DNA of 64,000 nt from Lama guanicoe. Lineage: Eukaryota. Each line of letters starts with the position of its first letter. The stretch's first letter is position 1. The notes below the pieces were generated by a model. It searched no databases, was not told where the DNA came from, and saw only the letters and a list, made by a program, of their open reading frames with translations. This document shows positions 1 to 13,267 of the stretch, one piece after another. A program made the position numbers and the translations under genes. The stretch lies in the NCBI GenBank assembly GCA_013239625.1, contig MU054323.1, positions 11,491,815 to 11,555,814 of the forward strand. The letters run 5' to 3'.

Positions 1-1779
1 TGTCCTGAAGTGGACTAGCACGGGCCTCTCCAGCCTGTTTCCCAAGCTTGCACGGATCATACTGGCCTTTGCTTCAAACTCTTCCATAAGATGTCTCCTC
101 CAGCCCTCCGCTGTGGGCCACTTGCAAATGTCTGCAAATCCGCCCTCTGCTACTTCCTTGAAGACACAGAGCAAACTGCTCATCCTGACCCAGCCCGGCA
201 GGCGCCTCCGGGCCTTCGCTCCGGCCCTCTCCAGGCTCCTACAACCTCCTTATGTTCTTACTGATCTGCAAGCAAACAACAAGCAACTTTTCTCTCAACT
301 CTCCCCAGCCTCTGGGGCGAGGCCAAATCTGATGCCCCACATCCGGTGTCTGTGCACACCCTCCCACAGTGAGGCCTGAAACCTCAGGCCTGGGGCCCCA
401 GGCAGAGGGCAGAGCACACAAGTTCTCCAGGCCCAAGGCCCTGGGCTGCCCCGGGGAGGGTGGTGTGGGGGCCCTTGACTCCTTCTTTATGGCTCTTTTC
501 CCTGTGGGCAGCCCCCAGTCGCAGCTTCAGGGGTTCAGTGTCCTCACAGCTTTCTTCCTCTGGCCTAGGAAATACTTTCCAGTGAAAGGATTAAAGCTCC
601 TTTGCCCAAATCAGACATGCCCAGCTCAGCCTGGGGCTCTCCCTGCTCTGGAAGATTGTCCAGGGAACCGCCCTTCAGCTGGAAGAGCCCCGGGCCCCCA
701 CCTCAGGGAGCCACGGACTCACTGGAGGCTGAGCGGAGGCGCTGGCCCTGAAGCAGGGCCATGCAGAGTGTGGCGGTGGTCAGAGGTGCCCCATGCTCAA
801 GCCACATGAAGCCCCAGGGTGGCTTCACAGGGCAGTTAGCTTTGCAGGACTGGTGGGCCAGTCTGTGAACAAGACCCCGATCTCCAGCCCCTCTGGTTTT
901 GGCCTGGGCCCGCTGCTTCTTGGCGCTGGAGATGGGGCAGGGCTGAGAGAGCCTCTCTGTTCCTATGCAGTTTTGGGTGCCTCCTCCAGAGCCCTCTGGT
1001 CCCTGGAGAAAAGGGTGCTCTGAGTGGGCCCGAGGGTGGGAGAGCCACACAGGCAGGACTGCCCGCACACTCTCCCCACCTAGAACCTTCGAGGGCTGCC
1101 TCCTGCCTAGTGCCCATCTTCTCCTCACTATCCCCTGAGTTCCAGCCAGAACCACCCAGTGACCACACCCAAACTCCCAAGCTCCTACAGGCCTTGGGCC
1201 TTTGCACGTGGCCTCACATGGCCTAGTCACCCCCAAGAACAGTCCAAACTCCACTGCGCTGCAGAGCTCCCAGGAAGGACCATGACTTGCTCTTTGAGCC
1301 CCTAGTGCCTGCCCCAAAGCTGGGCTCAAAGTACATCTTCAGAAAATACTTAATAGACAACTTTATTAGGCACCAGCTCTGCACCGTGCACTTTGCACCA
1401 TCCAAAAGCATCAGTGCTCTTAGTCTTTGGTAACTTTATAAGCCAGAGAAACAGGATAGCAAGCCTGCCTGGCAGGAGAGGGGCTCCCTGAAATGAACAC
1501 ACGAATAGGCAAGAGTCACGGAGACAGAAGAGCACCAAGCTGCAAGTGCAGTTCACGCGATGTCCTAAGTGGGCGCGCCCACCGATCCAGCGCGAGATCA
1601 ACATGGCGGTCTCCTCTTGGTACTTATTTTTAGCTTTTTAGTTTGCTGAGTTCACATTTTTTGCAAGTTTTAATGTGCATAATATATTTGGGCAGTAATT
1701 TATGCCATATAATTTAGAAATAAATATGCATTTATTGGAGGGCATGGTAAAAGATGTTTTACCAATAAGAGTATTGGAT

Positions 1780-2012
1780 TCAATACACATTACCATATTT
1801 AAGACAGATAAACAGCAAGGTCCTACTGTACAACAAAGGGAATTATATTCCATTTCTTATAAAAACATATGATGGAAAAGAATCTAAAATAAAAAAGTAT
1901 GTATATGTATAACTGAATTGCTTTGCTGTATACCTGAAACTAACATTGTAAATCAATTAGACTTCAATAAAAAACAAAATTAAAAAAATAAAAACCAAAA
2001 CCAAACAAACAA
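1780..2012 (+). mobile_element. 5'-truncated L1 3' end (artiodactyl-type) with A-rich tail
   Basis: L1 3'UTR-like sequence (aaggtcctactgta...tttgctgtatacctgaaactaac...caataaaaa); perfect 13-bp TSD AAGAGTATTGGAT at 1767-1779 and 2013-2025. Confidence 0.85.
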
Positions 2013-2815
2013 AAGAGTATTGGATAAAAATGGGTTTAGACTATGCTGGCTGAGAGCGTTCTGGTACAGGGAGAATCAGCGGGGCTTCCTGGGGTGCTGG
2101 CCCCCTCCCTGTCCTCTGCCTCCCCCATGAAGAACACAGCACCCTCAGTGCTCTGAATTCCTTCCAGAATATGGGGCCTTCCCATCTGTGCTCCTAGACT
2201 AGCCACCTGCTGCTCCAGCCCCTGTCACCTGCAGCTATCACCCACCCCCCGCCCCATGCCTGGGCAGTGAGCAAGGATGTGGTGCTCTGTCTGCCCTGCC
2301 CCCTTGCAGAGGGCCCCACCGCTGCCTCCAGGGAGAGGTGCTCAGAGCTGGAATGGGTCTCAGCCAAGCCAACCTGGGAGAGAAGTTCTGACATGGGGAA
2401 TGCAGATGGAATGATTCTCTGTTCAGCTTTCCCAACAGAAACCACTTGGAATTGATGTCCCTGAACATACCGTTCCATGTTTCTGCTCAAACTCTTCCCT
2501 CTGCTGCCTAGAAGCCTTTAAATTTGCAAACAGCCCTGCCTCAGCGTTTGGGAGGTTAGAGCCATCCATCACCGCCATGTCTTATTTCAACAGGGATTCC
2601 TGAAGTCTCCACTGAGAGCCAGGCCTGGGAACAGGCACCAGAGATTCCAGAGAAAGCTGACCAGGAGGGGAGGAGGGCAGAGACCTCCTTTTTAGGACCT
2701 CGTTTTAAACTTTGTGTCAGGCACTGGGCTAGCCACTTTGTAATGTAATTGGTCCTCCCAGCAGACCTGTGAGATACTGATGATCACCCTCTTTTTACAA
2801 ATGAGGAAAGTGAGG

Positions 2816-3293
2816 TGTGGCAAGCTGAGTAATGCTCCTCCTCTCCCTCGAGATGTTCATGCCCTGATCCACAAAACCTGTGAATACGTTCCCACACATG
2901 GCAAAGGGGCTTTGCTTATGTGATTAAGCACTAGGGGATGGGGGGGTGGAGATTATCCTGGATTATCAGAGAGACCTCAGGTAATCACAAGGATCTTTAT
3001 AAGAGGGAGACAGGAGGGCCAGAATTGGAGAGAGATGTAGTGATGGAAGCAGTGGTCCAAGTGATGCAGGGCCACGAGCCAAGGAATGCAAGAAGCCTCC
3101 AGAAACTGGAAAAGGCAAGGAAATGGATTTTCCCCTGGAGCCAGAAGGAGCACAGCCCTGCAGACACCTTGACTTTAACCCAGTGAGACTGATTCTGGCA
3201 CCTTTCCTCCAGAACTGTAAAATGATAAAGTTGTGTTGTTTAAGGCACTACATTTGTGGTCATTTGTTTCAGCAGCAATAAGAAACTAATACA
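2816..3293 (+). mobile_element. MaLR solo LTR (MLT1D-like) inserted in a MIR
   Basis: TG...CA termini (tgtgg...taataca); MLT1 motifs gccaaggaatgc, ggaaaaggcaaggaa, cctccagaactgta. Confidence 0.85.
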
Positions 3294-5174
3294 AAGGCAT
3301 TACTGTTCCCAAGGCTGCAGAGCTGGGGAGTGGCCAAGGTGGGATTGGAATCCCAGTCGGTTTGAACATCATCCAAAAGATGTTAAGAAACTTCCCATCG
3401 GAGTTCAGAGCCCATGAGCTGAAGGTGCTATTGCTTGGCCAAGTAAGAGAAGTGTCCCTGCCCTCCAGCGGGGTTGGAGGGACAGATGCTTGAGGCACTG
3501 GAGGGGGGCTCCAGGCTGAGTCAGGAGGTGAGGGGGCTGCTAGTTACCAAGAACCTCACAACTGCAAAATCGCTCCATCGTTCCTCCTAGAAGACCCACA
3601 ACGATCGGATAACCCTCTGTTTTCACAGGGCTTAGGACCCAGGTGCTGCTCCTGCAGGGACCACAGCTGGCTGAGGCTTCTGCGGGCGGGCAGGGCTGGC
3701 ATGGGAAGCCAGCGGAGTGTCTGCCCTCCCCCATGTAGAGGCAGGTGACCTCCGCTGACACTCTGGGTAGAGACAGTGCAGCTCTGTCAGGACCAACCAC
3801 GGGACCTCAGATAGATCTCCAAATCACTCCTGTCCTTAGTCTCCTCATCTGAAAAATGGGATGCCAATCCCTACCTCATAGGGCTGCTGGAAGGACTGAC
3901 TGCATGTGGGTCTAAGGGGAGTCTCAGCTAGTATGCAGGGCGTGGTGACCATACCTCCCTTTCTCAAGGGTTGGAGTCCATTCTGGCTGGTAGGTGCCTC
4001 TGTTGTACTGGTGGCCAAATAATTTTAATGACATCCTTGAGTCTGAGTCACGGTTTCTTAGTTTCAACTACCTGGTCTAGCCTGTGGGGCTGCCCTCCTG
4101 TTCTGAGCTTTCACTCCCCTGTAACAGAGAGACGTGTGCTCCCAATACAGGAACATCTGGCGACCTGGCCCCTCTGGCCAGCAGCCCTTTAAGGAGCACC
4201 GTTTCTCTGGCTACTCCTCCCCTTCACAGCGATGCAAGGGGAGGCTGGGCGCAGACCTCCCTCCTTGCTCTTCCTCCTGACTGTGGTCAGGAGCACGGGG
4301 TCGGTGGGGTGGGGGACACGGGGTGGAGGGCACGGGGGGCCAGCGGAGCAACAGGGGAGAGCCAGCAGCGGCAGCCTCTTCACGTGATTCTTCCCGGATT
4401 TGTTTTGCAAGTTTCATTTGGTGACACATCTACCCATGTCGCTATATTTATCTGTGAGAGAGGCAGGATATTTTTCAACGGATGTAATTTCTGGCTCTTT
4501 CTCTCCAAGAAAAAAAGTTTCTCAGTTTCTCATTCCTATTCATTTCTTCCTGCCTCTGTTTCTGCCTCTCACACACTTCTGTATATACACACCCATGCAC
4601 ACACACACACGCAGACACACAGACCCGTGGTTCAACAGCTTCCACTCTGAGATTCTGTGGTTGACTCAGGCCTAGTTAACGTGGTAGACAAACGGACAGA
4701 AAAGCAGACAGAGAGAACAGAGAAAAGTTGAATAAATGACTAAACCCCCAGTGAAGAAATTGTGGGTTTGGTCTTTTTCTTTCCCCCTTCCAAGTTCACT
4801 GAACACGCGCTAATCAGGAAGAAAATCAGGGGAGCCGTACCTGCCAGGGCGGGGGGCTAGAATGAGCAGCTGCTCTCTGGCTTCGGTGACGTTCCCGAGC
4901 AGACGTATCAGGCTCACAGCTGACCCAAGACTGAGCATGGGGGTGAGAAATCCGAAGCAAGGTTCAGGCTGGCTGGGCAAGCTTGAGAAACACAACAGAA
5001 GGAGCTGCTACAAGGATGAACACCTTCGGTTCTGCATTTACACGAAAATAACCAATAACCTGCAAATGTCTCCCGGCAGTAAATCAGGGACCTGGGAGAC
5101 AGGACCTGGGGCCCCTGTGGCTGGATCATGCACAGACCCAGGGTGTGAGCTACAGGCAGCCGGAGTCATGGAGA

Positions 5175-5800
5175 TTTTCTTTGTTTCTTCTAGAAGCTTT
5201 ATAATTTTAGGTATTACACTTAGGTACCTTTAGATCCACTTTGAGGAAATTTTTCTATAGGGTGAGAACTATGGCTTAAGGTTTGCTTTTTTATTTTTTA
5301 TTTTTTTGCATATGGCAAGTCAAGTGTTTCAGCATCATTTATGAAGAACATTCTTTCTCCATTGAATTCCTTTGGACTTTTGTGAAAAATCAGTTGGCTA
5401 AACATGTCGATCTGCTTCTGGATTCTTTATTCTGTACCAATGATACATATATATATGTGTTATACATACAAAATATATTTTTATATTATGTTAAAATATA
5501 TTTTTATCCAAAAATATAAATACATTTATTCATATGTATTATTAAACAGTAATACTAATATTTTTAATATATATTTTCCTCCAAAACCACACTGACCTCA
5601 TGATCATGGCTTTATAGAAAATCAAGTCTTGAAATCAGGTAATGCAACTTTGCTCTTCTTTTTCGAAATTGGTTTAGCTTTTCAAGTCCCTCTGCCTTTC
5701 CGCATACATGTTAGCATTAGCCTGTCAATTTCTACTAACAATTTTACAGGGAGTTTTATTGGAATTGCACAAAACGCACAGATCAACTTGGGGTGAACTG
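5175..5800 (-). mobile_element. Old L1 (L1M) ORF2 3' fragment interrupted by a TA-rich tract
   Basis: Antisense L1 motifs (ttcttctagaagctttata, cagcatcatttatgaaga, gtcttgaaatcagg). Boundaries approximate. Confidence 0.7.
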
Positions 5801-6899
5801 ATGTTACAGCAAGCCCTGACTTTAGGGCTGCCCTCTGTGCCTGTCCCTTTGGGGAAGCTTCTCTTCAGGCCCTCCCTGCAATGGACTGCTGTTAGCGGTT
5901 TCTCGACACTAATTAGCCTGGGGTTGGGTGGGGTGGGGTCGGGTGGGGCAGCCTCTGCTGCTCTGCTTCTGTTTCAGTCTTAGGCAGGTGCTGTGTCTTG
6001 ATATGGGGATGTTTCAGGGATTCCGTGCCCCCCTCATCTGTAGGGTACTTACTGGTCTGTCTGTAGTTTTGCCCCCCACACCCCGGGGTAGAGGCTTTAA
6101 CTCTTTCCTTCTCTCAGCTGCCAGACTGTCACCTGTGCCCTACGGACAGTATGGTTTGCTGCCCTTCTCCCAGTGGATATTATATATATATATATATTCT
6201 CATTAGGGATATAAAGAGAAGACTTTGTGTGGGACTTCATGCTTTTTTGGTAGCACTGTTCCCCTCCCCAAGACCTGAACTGAGAGAGAGGGCTTCTCGG
6301 TCTCTTGCCCTCCCCTCACCTTTCTCGTGAGCATCCAGTGTGTTCCACGGAGAAGAGTCTGCAAGTGGGTGTGCGTTTCCCTGAAGCCTGCAGCTCCCAT
6401 GCGGTCTGTGCATTCACGCAGGGCCCACATGTGGCCTTTAGCGATTCATTGCAAAGTTCGGTTGGATTCTTCTTGCCAGATTGTATGGCGTCCAACAGCT
6501 GTAACAGATAAGCAAGGACCTGTGTCCCAGCTTTTCCTAGAGGTGCCTGTTTTTCCTTAAATTTCAGCTTAGTTTATTTCCTTCCATTTCCATTCTTTGA
6601 CGAGCTCAAGAAAAAGTGTCATTTTGTAAATTATTCGGCCTTTTTTTTGGTAAGGGTGAGAGCAATGCTATTACACTCTAAGCAGGAGTCAGAAATCTGA
6701 CAGCCTTTTGTGTTTAAAAGTCTAGAAGCTTACTTGATTGAGCAATGTTAGGAAATCTTTAAAAACAGAATTTGTCTCTTGACTTTGGATTCTTTGAGAG
6801 TACAAGTCACTCTATGCCTAGTTAAAGCAAGAGACTAACACAAGTCTTTGTTTTGTCTCATGAGACTGCTTTCTGTGTGTTCTTTGTTCTTGCCTGTAT

Positions 6900-7670
6900 T
6901 TTTAAATATTTATTTAATATATTTAAATATAAAAATATTTACAATATTTTTAAGTTTTGAATAAGATATACTGTCATATGGTTTGAAATTCAAAAGGCTA
7001 CATAATAAAAAGTTTCTGTCCCATTCCTCTTTCTCCACCACCCAGTTCTCACTACAGGAAGCCAGCGACACAAGTTTCTTGTTATTCTTTCAGAAATATT
7101 TTATGCAATTGCAAGAAAATACCTCTATTCTTTCCCCACTTATTTTTACACAAATGGTAGCACGCTTCACACACTGTCCTATCGCCTTGCTCTTTCCACC
7201 TAGCAGTATATGTTTTGGAGATCTTTTTCTGATCTTTTCCCATTTTAGTGGCTATAGTGGGCCCGACTGTCCGGGCTGCCGTTTCTCTAGTCACTCCCCA
7301 TTGACGGCCACGTACTTGTTTCCTGCCTTTTGCGTTGTTTACGAACAACGTTGTAAGGTCATTTCCCTTCTGTGCAGAGATCAGCTGCAGCAGAAATTTC
7401 TGCTCGTGGACTATCCGGGTCTCAGGATACGTGTATTGGTATTCGAGGTAGTGCCAAACAGCCCTCTGCATCAATTCAGTCTTACCTACAGTGCATAAGA
7501 GTGCTGGTTTTCCTCACCTTGGCCCAAATAGAGCGTTCCCATACTTTTGGGTCTTTAAAATCTGATGGAGCAAAAACAGTATCTCAGTGCAGTTTTAATT
7601 TGCATCTGTCTTAGTAAGAGTTAAGGGGACGTGCTTATATTGGTGAAAGAAACATCTTAATTTTCCTTTC
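6900..7670 (-). mobile_element. Ancient L1 (L1ME-like) 3' fragment
   Basis: Diverged antisense L1 3'UTR features (gtatctcagtgcagttttaatttgcat). Boundaries approximate. Confidence 0.55.
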
Positions 7671-7866
7671 TGCTCTCGGGAACCTGGTGAGGGCGGGGGA
7701 AGGGTGGAATTAAGCCCAGGATTAGGGTTATTCCCTCTGCCTTCTCCAGAGTCAGCCAAGCCTTTCTCTTTTCACCATTTTTATAAGTATTGGGTTCCTG
7801 CATGAAGTTTTATTGTGAGCAAAATGTTTCCGTTATGTTACAAAAGTATTGATTGAATGCCATGCA

Positions 7867-7959
7867 TTTTTTTTTCTTTTTAGTGGAAGTACTGGGCATT
7901 GAACCCAGGACCTTGTGCATGCTAAGCACACACTCAGTCACTGAGCTATACCCTCTCCC
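7867..7959 (-). mobile_element. tRNA-derived SINE, Vic-1-like (camelid)
   Basis: Minus strand GGGAGAGGGTATAGCTCAGTGA...GGTCCTGGGTTCAATGCCCAGTACTTCC plus A tail; Pol III A/B boxes; flanking repeat AATGCCAT at 7856-7863 and 7961-7968. Confidence 0.85.
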
Positions 7960-10157
7960 TAATGCCATCTACTTTAATCGTAGGAATAAAGACCCCATAT
8001 TGTATCCCTTGCCTCTTTATATGCCAGGCTCCTCGGAGAAACTCCAGTGAACAGAATGGTGAGGACTTCCAGGCTGAGAGGAGTAAGAGACGCCGTCAGT
8101 AAGACACACTTCGTAGGATGGGAACCATGGCCTCTGTACCTGACACATGAGCTGCCAGGATCCTCTGGGCCAGGGTAGAAGCTAACGCCGTGTGTAGCTG
8201 GACTAGCATGGCAGGGGTCTCCGTGGTGGAGGCGGCTCTTGGCTGGCCAAGGAACAGCTTCTGCACTTTGGGCTAAGCAGGGCATGACCCCCAAGAAAGG
8301 TCTGGAAACTTCTATCCTGAAGAGTGTGAGAGATACTAGTTTTTACTTCTGGTTTTCAGTACAGCATGGACACAGGGAAAGGAAACAGGATTCCATGATG
8401 AGACCAACACCTGGGAGGAGATGCTGGCACACCTGGGAGCCCAGGGCAGCGGTGGAAAGTGTGGAGGCAGGAGGTCAGGAGGTGGGATTAAGTCTCCAGG
8501 AGGGAGTGGAACTCCCACAGTGAATCTGAGCCAGTCTTATCTCCTTCCTGAGGGCGGGGGCACCTGCTGACTTGTGGGCTGCAAAAGATACTATAACTTT
8601 GCCTGAAAGATTAAATCATTTATCCTAGTTCATGCAGTTGCCACCTGCAATGTCTCTCTGTAAACTCCCCCTGCCTGGGCGGTGCTGGGCACCACCCTGT
8701 CTGTCTGGCTGGGCTGGACCATTCCTGCCAGGGATACGGAGGCTGCCCCACCCCAGCCCGCCTGCCTCCCTGGCCCTGCACCCGTACATCTCTCAAGAGC
8801 TGGAGCCCCAAACTTGACCGTGGCCACACCAGGCATCTCTCCTGCACCGGTGCACTGTCTCAGAGTGGCGGGTCCTTGGGCCTCTCCTCAGCACTGGAAC
8901 TGCTGCTGTGTCCCCTGGACCCTGCACGGCCCACAGTGGCTCCTCCACCCTTGCACTGCTTGGCCTCTGTGAGGAGCTGCCATCCTGGGGTCCATGCCGC
9001 CAGAGGCAGGAGAGAGAGAGGAGGGCCGAGGTCGTCACTGGGGTGCAGGGAGACACTCTAGGTTAACCATACCAACCAGCTCTGACGGCTTGTTAGCTTT
9101 CAGGCTCTGCCTTAAGCTCCCTAAATATGTTACCTTTGTAAACTCTCCTTAGCATCCCCATGAAACAGGACTATTTTTATCTCTATTTACGAGAGGAGGA
9201 AACTGAGGCCCTAACTTCAAACAAGAGCACCCCTCTGAGAACCACGCAGTCTGGAGGGCAGGGGACCCCGGCTTCTCAGCGGCTGGCCAGCTGCCCTGTC
9301 CAGGCACCACCACGCAGACCCAGGCTTCTCCTGGCCTGCTGCCCAGTGAGACTCGTAGAGGGGAGAAAAGAAGGTAGGTGCTGAGGGACAAGCTGGTGGT
9401 CCCAGGTATGCGCAGCCCAGCCCCGTGGCCGCCGGGCCCCAGCAGGACACAGGTCTGCATGTGTGCCTCCCCAGGAATATTTGCGGCCGAAGAGATTAAA
9501 GGCCACCAGCCTCAAATGCAATCACTAAAGAGTTCAGTCAAAGGAGGATTAGCTGGAGATTTGGAGGAAGTTTTCCACAAATCACAGCGGCCCCCAGGGG
9601 TGAAGATTATTGGGGATCAGAAGGGGTCCTGTTGGATGAGACAGAAACAACATGAAATCGGGTGTTTGCTTTCCTAGGGTGCCCAGCAGCCCCCAGAGAG
9701 CCCAGGCTGAGCCTCACAGCAGTGGGGGCCTTGGCTAAGGCGACTCTCCCTGGGTCATGGGAAAGGGCACCTGCCTGGGGTCAGGGCCCTGGCTTCCAGT
9801 CCCTCCTTGGCCCTCACTGTCTTCATCAGCCAGTGAAACTCCTGGAACCTAGCGGAGGCTGCCAAGCACAGTGGGCAAGTGCCCGCAGGGGAGATGCTTG
9901 ATTCCAGGCTCTGCCCCATTACAGCTCCTCCTACCTGAGCCCAGCATCCCTCCCCTGTATGAGGCAGGTAACTGAACCTCCTTCCATATGAGCTCACCAG
10001 GGTTAAAGAAAGGTGTTTGTGAAGTGCCCCCCATAACCCAGCACCCAGTGTGGTAAGAGCTTAGTAAACATTCTGCAGTTACTGTCACCCAAGGGTCCCT
10101 GCCAGCACTCACCTTCAGTGTGGTGACTGAGAAAGAGGGCTCCATCCCATGGCCCCA

Positions 10158-10176
10158 TGCTGCCACCTGGTGGTCA
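10158..10176 (-). promoter_or_regulatory. Candidate CTCF site
   Basis: TGACCACCAGGTGGCAGCA, near-consensus core motif; occupancy unknown. Confidence 0.6.
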
Positions 10177-11639
10177 CAAGGAAGGAAACAAAACCATCAA
10201 AGAGGGTGAGGAAAAGGATGTGGTGTTCTTACCCAGGCACCGTCCTACACTTCATGTGAATTATCTCAGGTAAGGGCAAGACACCTAACAGCTCATGTTA
10301 AATAAATGTGTACTGCTGTTTATGTGGCCAGAAACATTACTTGTGTCATTTTATGCAATCTTACAAGACCCTTTCAGGTAGAGATTTATTTTCTCTACCA
10401 AGTAGACAGCAAGGTTCAGAGATGTTAAGTAATTTCTCAAGATCACACAGCAAGGAAATGTTGGAGCTAGAACTGGAACCCTATCTGTTTGGAGCTGAGC
10501 TCATGCTCGTTTGAGCATCATGTGCTTCCCGCAGAGAAGCTCTGGATCCTCTCACAGGAGAGCGGGTTTGGCAGGGAGGACAGGTGTGACCCCTGAAGAC
10601 TCGGGGAATCAAGAGCTTTGGTCAAGAAGCAACCACTTTTGTCCAGGATCAGCCCTGGACAGCTAGTGAGGGCAAGGGCACAGTCCTGCAATCTTCAGAG
10701 TTATCTAAGCAGTTTGCAAACAAAGGTGGGCACAGAAGTGGGGATTCGAAAGGCAGAGCGTAGAAGGAAATGCACATCTCTGGGAACCATGATTAAGGAG
10801 AACTTTCCATTTTCACTTTTATACTTTGCGCCCGGGTTGTGTATTTCTTCCAGTGCATTTGAACTACATCAAATAAAACATAGTATCATGATAGGAAGGA
10901 CTTTAGAGATTTTATCATGCTCATAGTCAGCACTCAGTAGTGTATTCAGTGAAAGAAGGGAGGAAGGCATCCGATCTGGGGGAACCAAGGCACAGAGAGG
11001 AGAATAGCTGCTCCCAAGGTCACACAGCTTCCAGAGTTGGGTTGACAACTTGGGTCTCCAGACACCTGTCCATTCTCTTTCTATACCACTAAATGCTACT
11101 CAGAGAGGCTGCGGGGCAGAGGAAGTGAGGGAAGGCCTATGTGCCAGGTGAAGGCACTGGGGAGCAAGTGAGGACTGTAGAGCACAGGAGGGGCCGGCCA
11201 GATTTACGCTTTTGCCAAAGAGCCAGTCCCTTCTGGTTCCTTCTGTTGGCTATGAGGTTTATCTGGAGAGAAGGAAGCAGAGAGGGAGGGACTAGTCCTA
11301 CAAATCCTAGACAAGAGTCTGTTATCATATCCAGACCTGGGCCATATTTGCTGTCCTGTCTCCTGATTTACTAAGGACACTTGGCTCAGTCTGGTCCTCA
11401 ATTCTTACACCTGCCCCCAGCCCGCAGGGGGCTCCCCGAGGGAGATGGGGTGACAGAGATGAGCAACACGCTTCTTCCACTGTTTCAGGGTCCTTCTGGG
11501 TCTGCACCAAGCTTACGAGGGGATACCCAACCCTGCATTCATCTGCCAGGGACCCGGCTGTGCACCAAAGCCTGGGCTGGGCCCTTTCACGATGTTACCT
11601 TATTTAATCATTCTCACAACCACATTAGGAAGCAGTAAT

Positions 11640-11885
11640 TTTTTTCTCTTTTAAATAGGCTCATTTTTAGAGCAGTTTTTGGTTCACAGAAAAATTGAGG
11701 GGAAAGTTATAGATAGTTCCCATCTACCCTGTTCACCCACTCCTACCCCCCAGCCCCACAGCACCCCCTACCGAGTGGTACACGTGCTACAATCAATGAA
11801 CCTCCCCTCACACGTCATCATCACCTACAGTCCACAGCTTACACCAGGGCTCCCTCCCAGTGTTATAACTCCATGGGTTTGGACT
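11640..11885 (-). mobile_element. L1MC-like 3' fragment
   Basis: tttagagcagttttt-ggttcacagaaaaattgag...gtggtaca...tccatgggtttggac resembles an antisense L1MC 3' end. Confidence 0.65.
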
Positions 11886-13190
11886 AGAGGTGGTGTTTTT
11901 AAATGCTTGTTTGCAGACAGCAGCTAGGCTAGAGGGCTAGGGCCCAGGCCACAGCTCAGAGGTAGTGGGAATCTAACTCTATACAGGGCGGAGGTGGGGG
12001 CCGCCACGGGACAGGCAGCAGCCGGCCGCTGGAGATCACCCCGAGAAGGCAGAGCTGGTGGGGGTCACAGACACGCCTCAGCTAGTGTTTGCTGTGTATT
12101 CACAAGGCCCAAGTCAGACGATGTTGAGGGTTTCTGCCTCTGGGGCTCTGTGACAAGGAAGAGTCTAAGCTGTTTTCATGCTTTTGTAGAATTGAACAGA
12201 CTGAACTTGAGACATTTCTGAATTCTCCCTTCCTGGGCGTGACTTACAGGTGGCCATCTCTACAGGGACTCAGGAGAAGTGATCAGCTACTGTAACGCTG
12301 ATGGGGCCCCAGTCACTGGTGAACTGGATTAGTGTTCCCTAAAAAGGCCCCGTCCCTGGCTCCCCCTCAAACTCTCTCACCTCCTATCGTGTCTGGTGGG
12401 GTCAGGGCGTGGGCTCAGCCTCCCCTTCTCCCCGCAGGGGCACTTCTGGAATTTCCTGGCCTGAGTTCTGGCCCTTCCGCAGGCTGTGCTGAACCAGCAC
12501 CCTCACCCCTAACCACCCGCCCCTGCCCGGGAGCAAATGTGCAGCCCCTCAGGTCTGGCCCAGCTTTCCGCCTACAGCCTGGACTTCAGCTCCACCCAGT
12601 GTCTGGGTGCCCTTGGGCGAACCCCCGGTTTCCTCATTGACGGCCCTTATTTCCGAGCAGATGGGACTCCTGGCATGCTGCAGTGCGGAAACACCCCCTG
12701 CCTGGGAATATGCCTAAAGGGCGGCCCGGCAAGGGGGCCCGGGGTCCTGGTGCCCATCTTCCAATTTTCCGACTGATACACAGGAATCAATGTGGCCTCT
12801 TAGAGCCATCATGACCTCATCACCCGTGAAGCAGATCAACGTGCCCTATCTGATTTTCATTTCATTGGCCAGGTATCAATACTGACCTTCCCGCAGGGCC
12901 CTGGGGCTAGAGGAGCTTGTTAGCATGAAATTCCCCCTCCCTCAGCTATGGCCAGGTAACCCATCTCACTCTCCACTCCCAGCCCAGTGGAGGTTGCTGG
13001 TCTTCTCTTGGATGCATCAGGATTCCAGCACTCCCGCCCCCGCCCCCAACCTATCACACTGGAATCTGCACAGAAGGCCCCAGAGCCTCCATATCACCAA
13101 GCTCTCAGGGATTCTGGTTTGAAAATCAGCGCCTTAGGGCAGTCCTAGGGCATCTGCCTCTCCAAGGAGAAGAGCCTACGAAGCAGTGCC

Positions 13191-13267
13191 GGGAGTGTGG
13201 ACACAGCTCAGTGCGTGAGGTTCTGGCTTCAATCCCCAGAACTTTCGCATTAAAAAAAAAAAAAAAA
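13191..13267 (+). mobile_element. Internally deleted Vic-1-like SINE with A16 tail
   Basis: acacagctcagtg / gaggttctggcttcaatccccag plus poly(A); TSD-like GAAGCAGTGCCGGGA (13180-13194) and GAAGCAATGCTGGGA (13268-13282). Confidence 0.75.

Noticed and set aside
703..1329. 208-aa minus-strand ORF and overlapping ORFs in the first 1.4 kb
   Set aside because: No recognisable domain, non-ATG or weak starts, and GC-rich sequence where long ORFs arise by chance.
7867..7959. Possible tRNA gene
   Set aside because: A tail, flanking duplication and broken stems indicate a tRNA-derived SINE.
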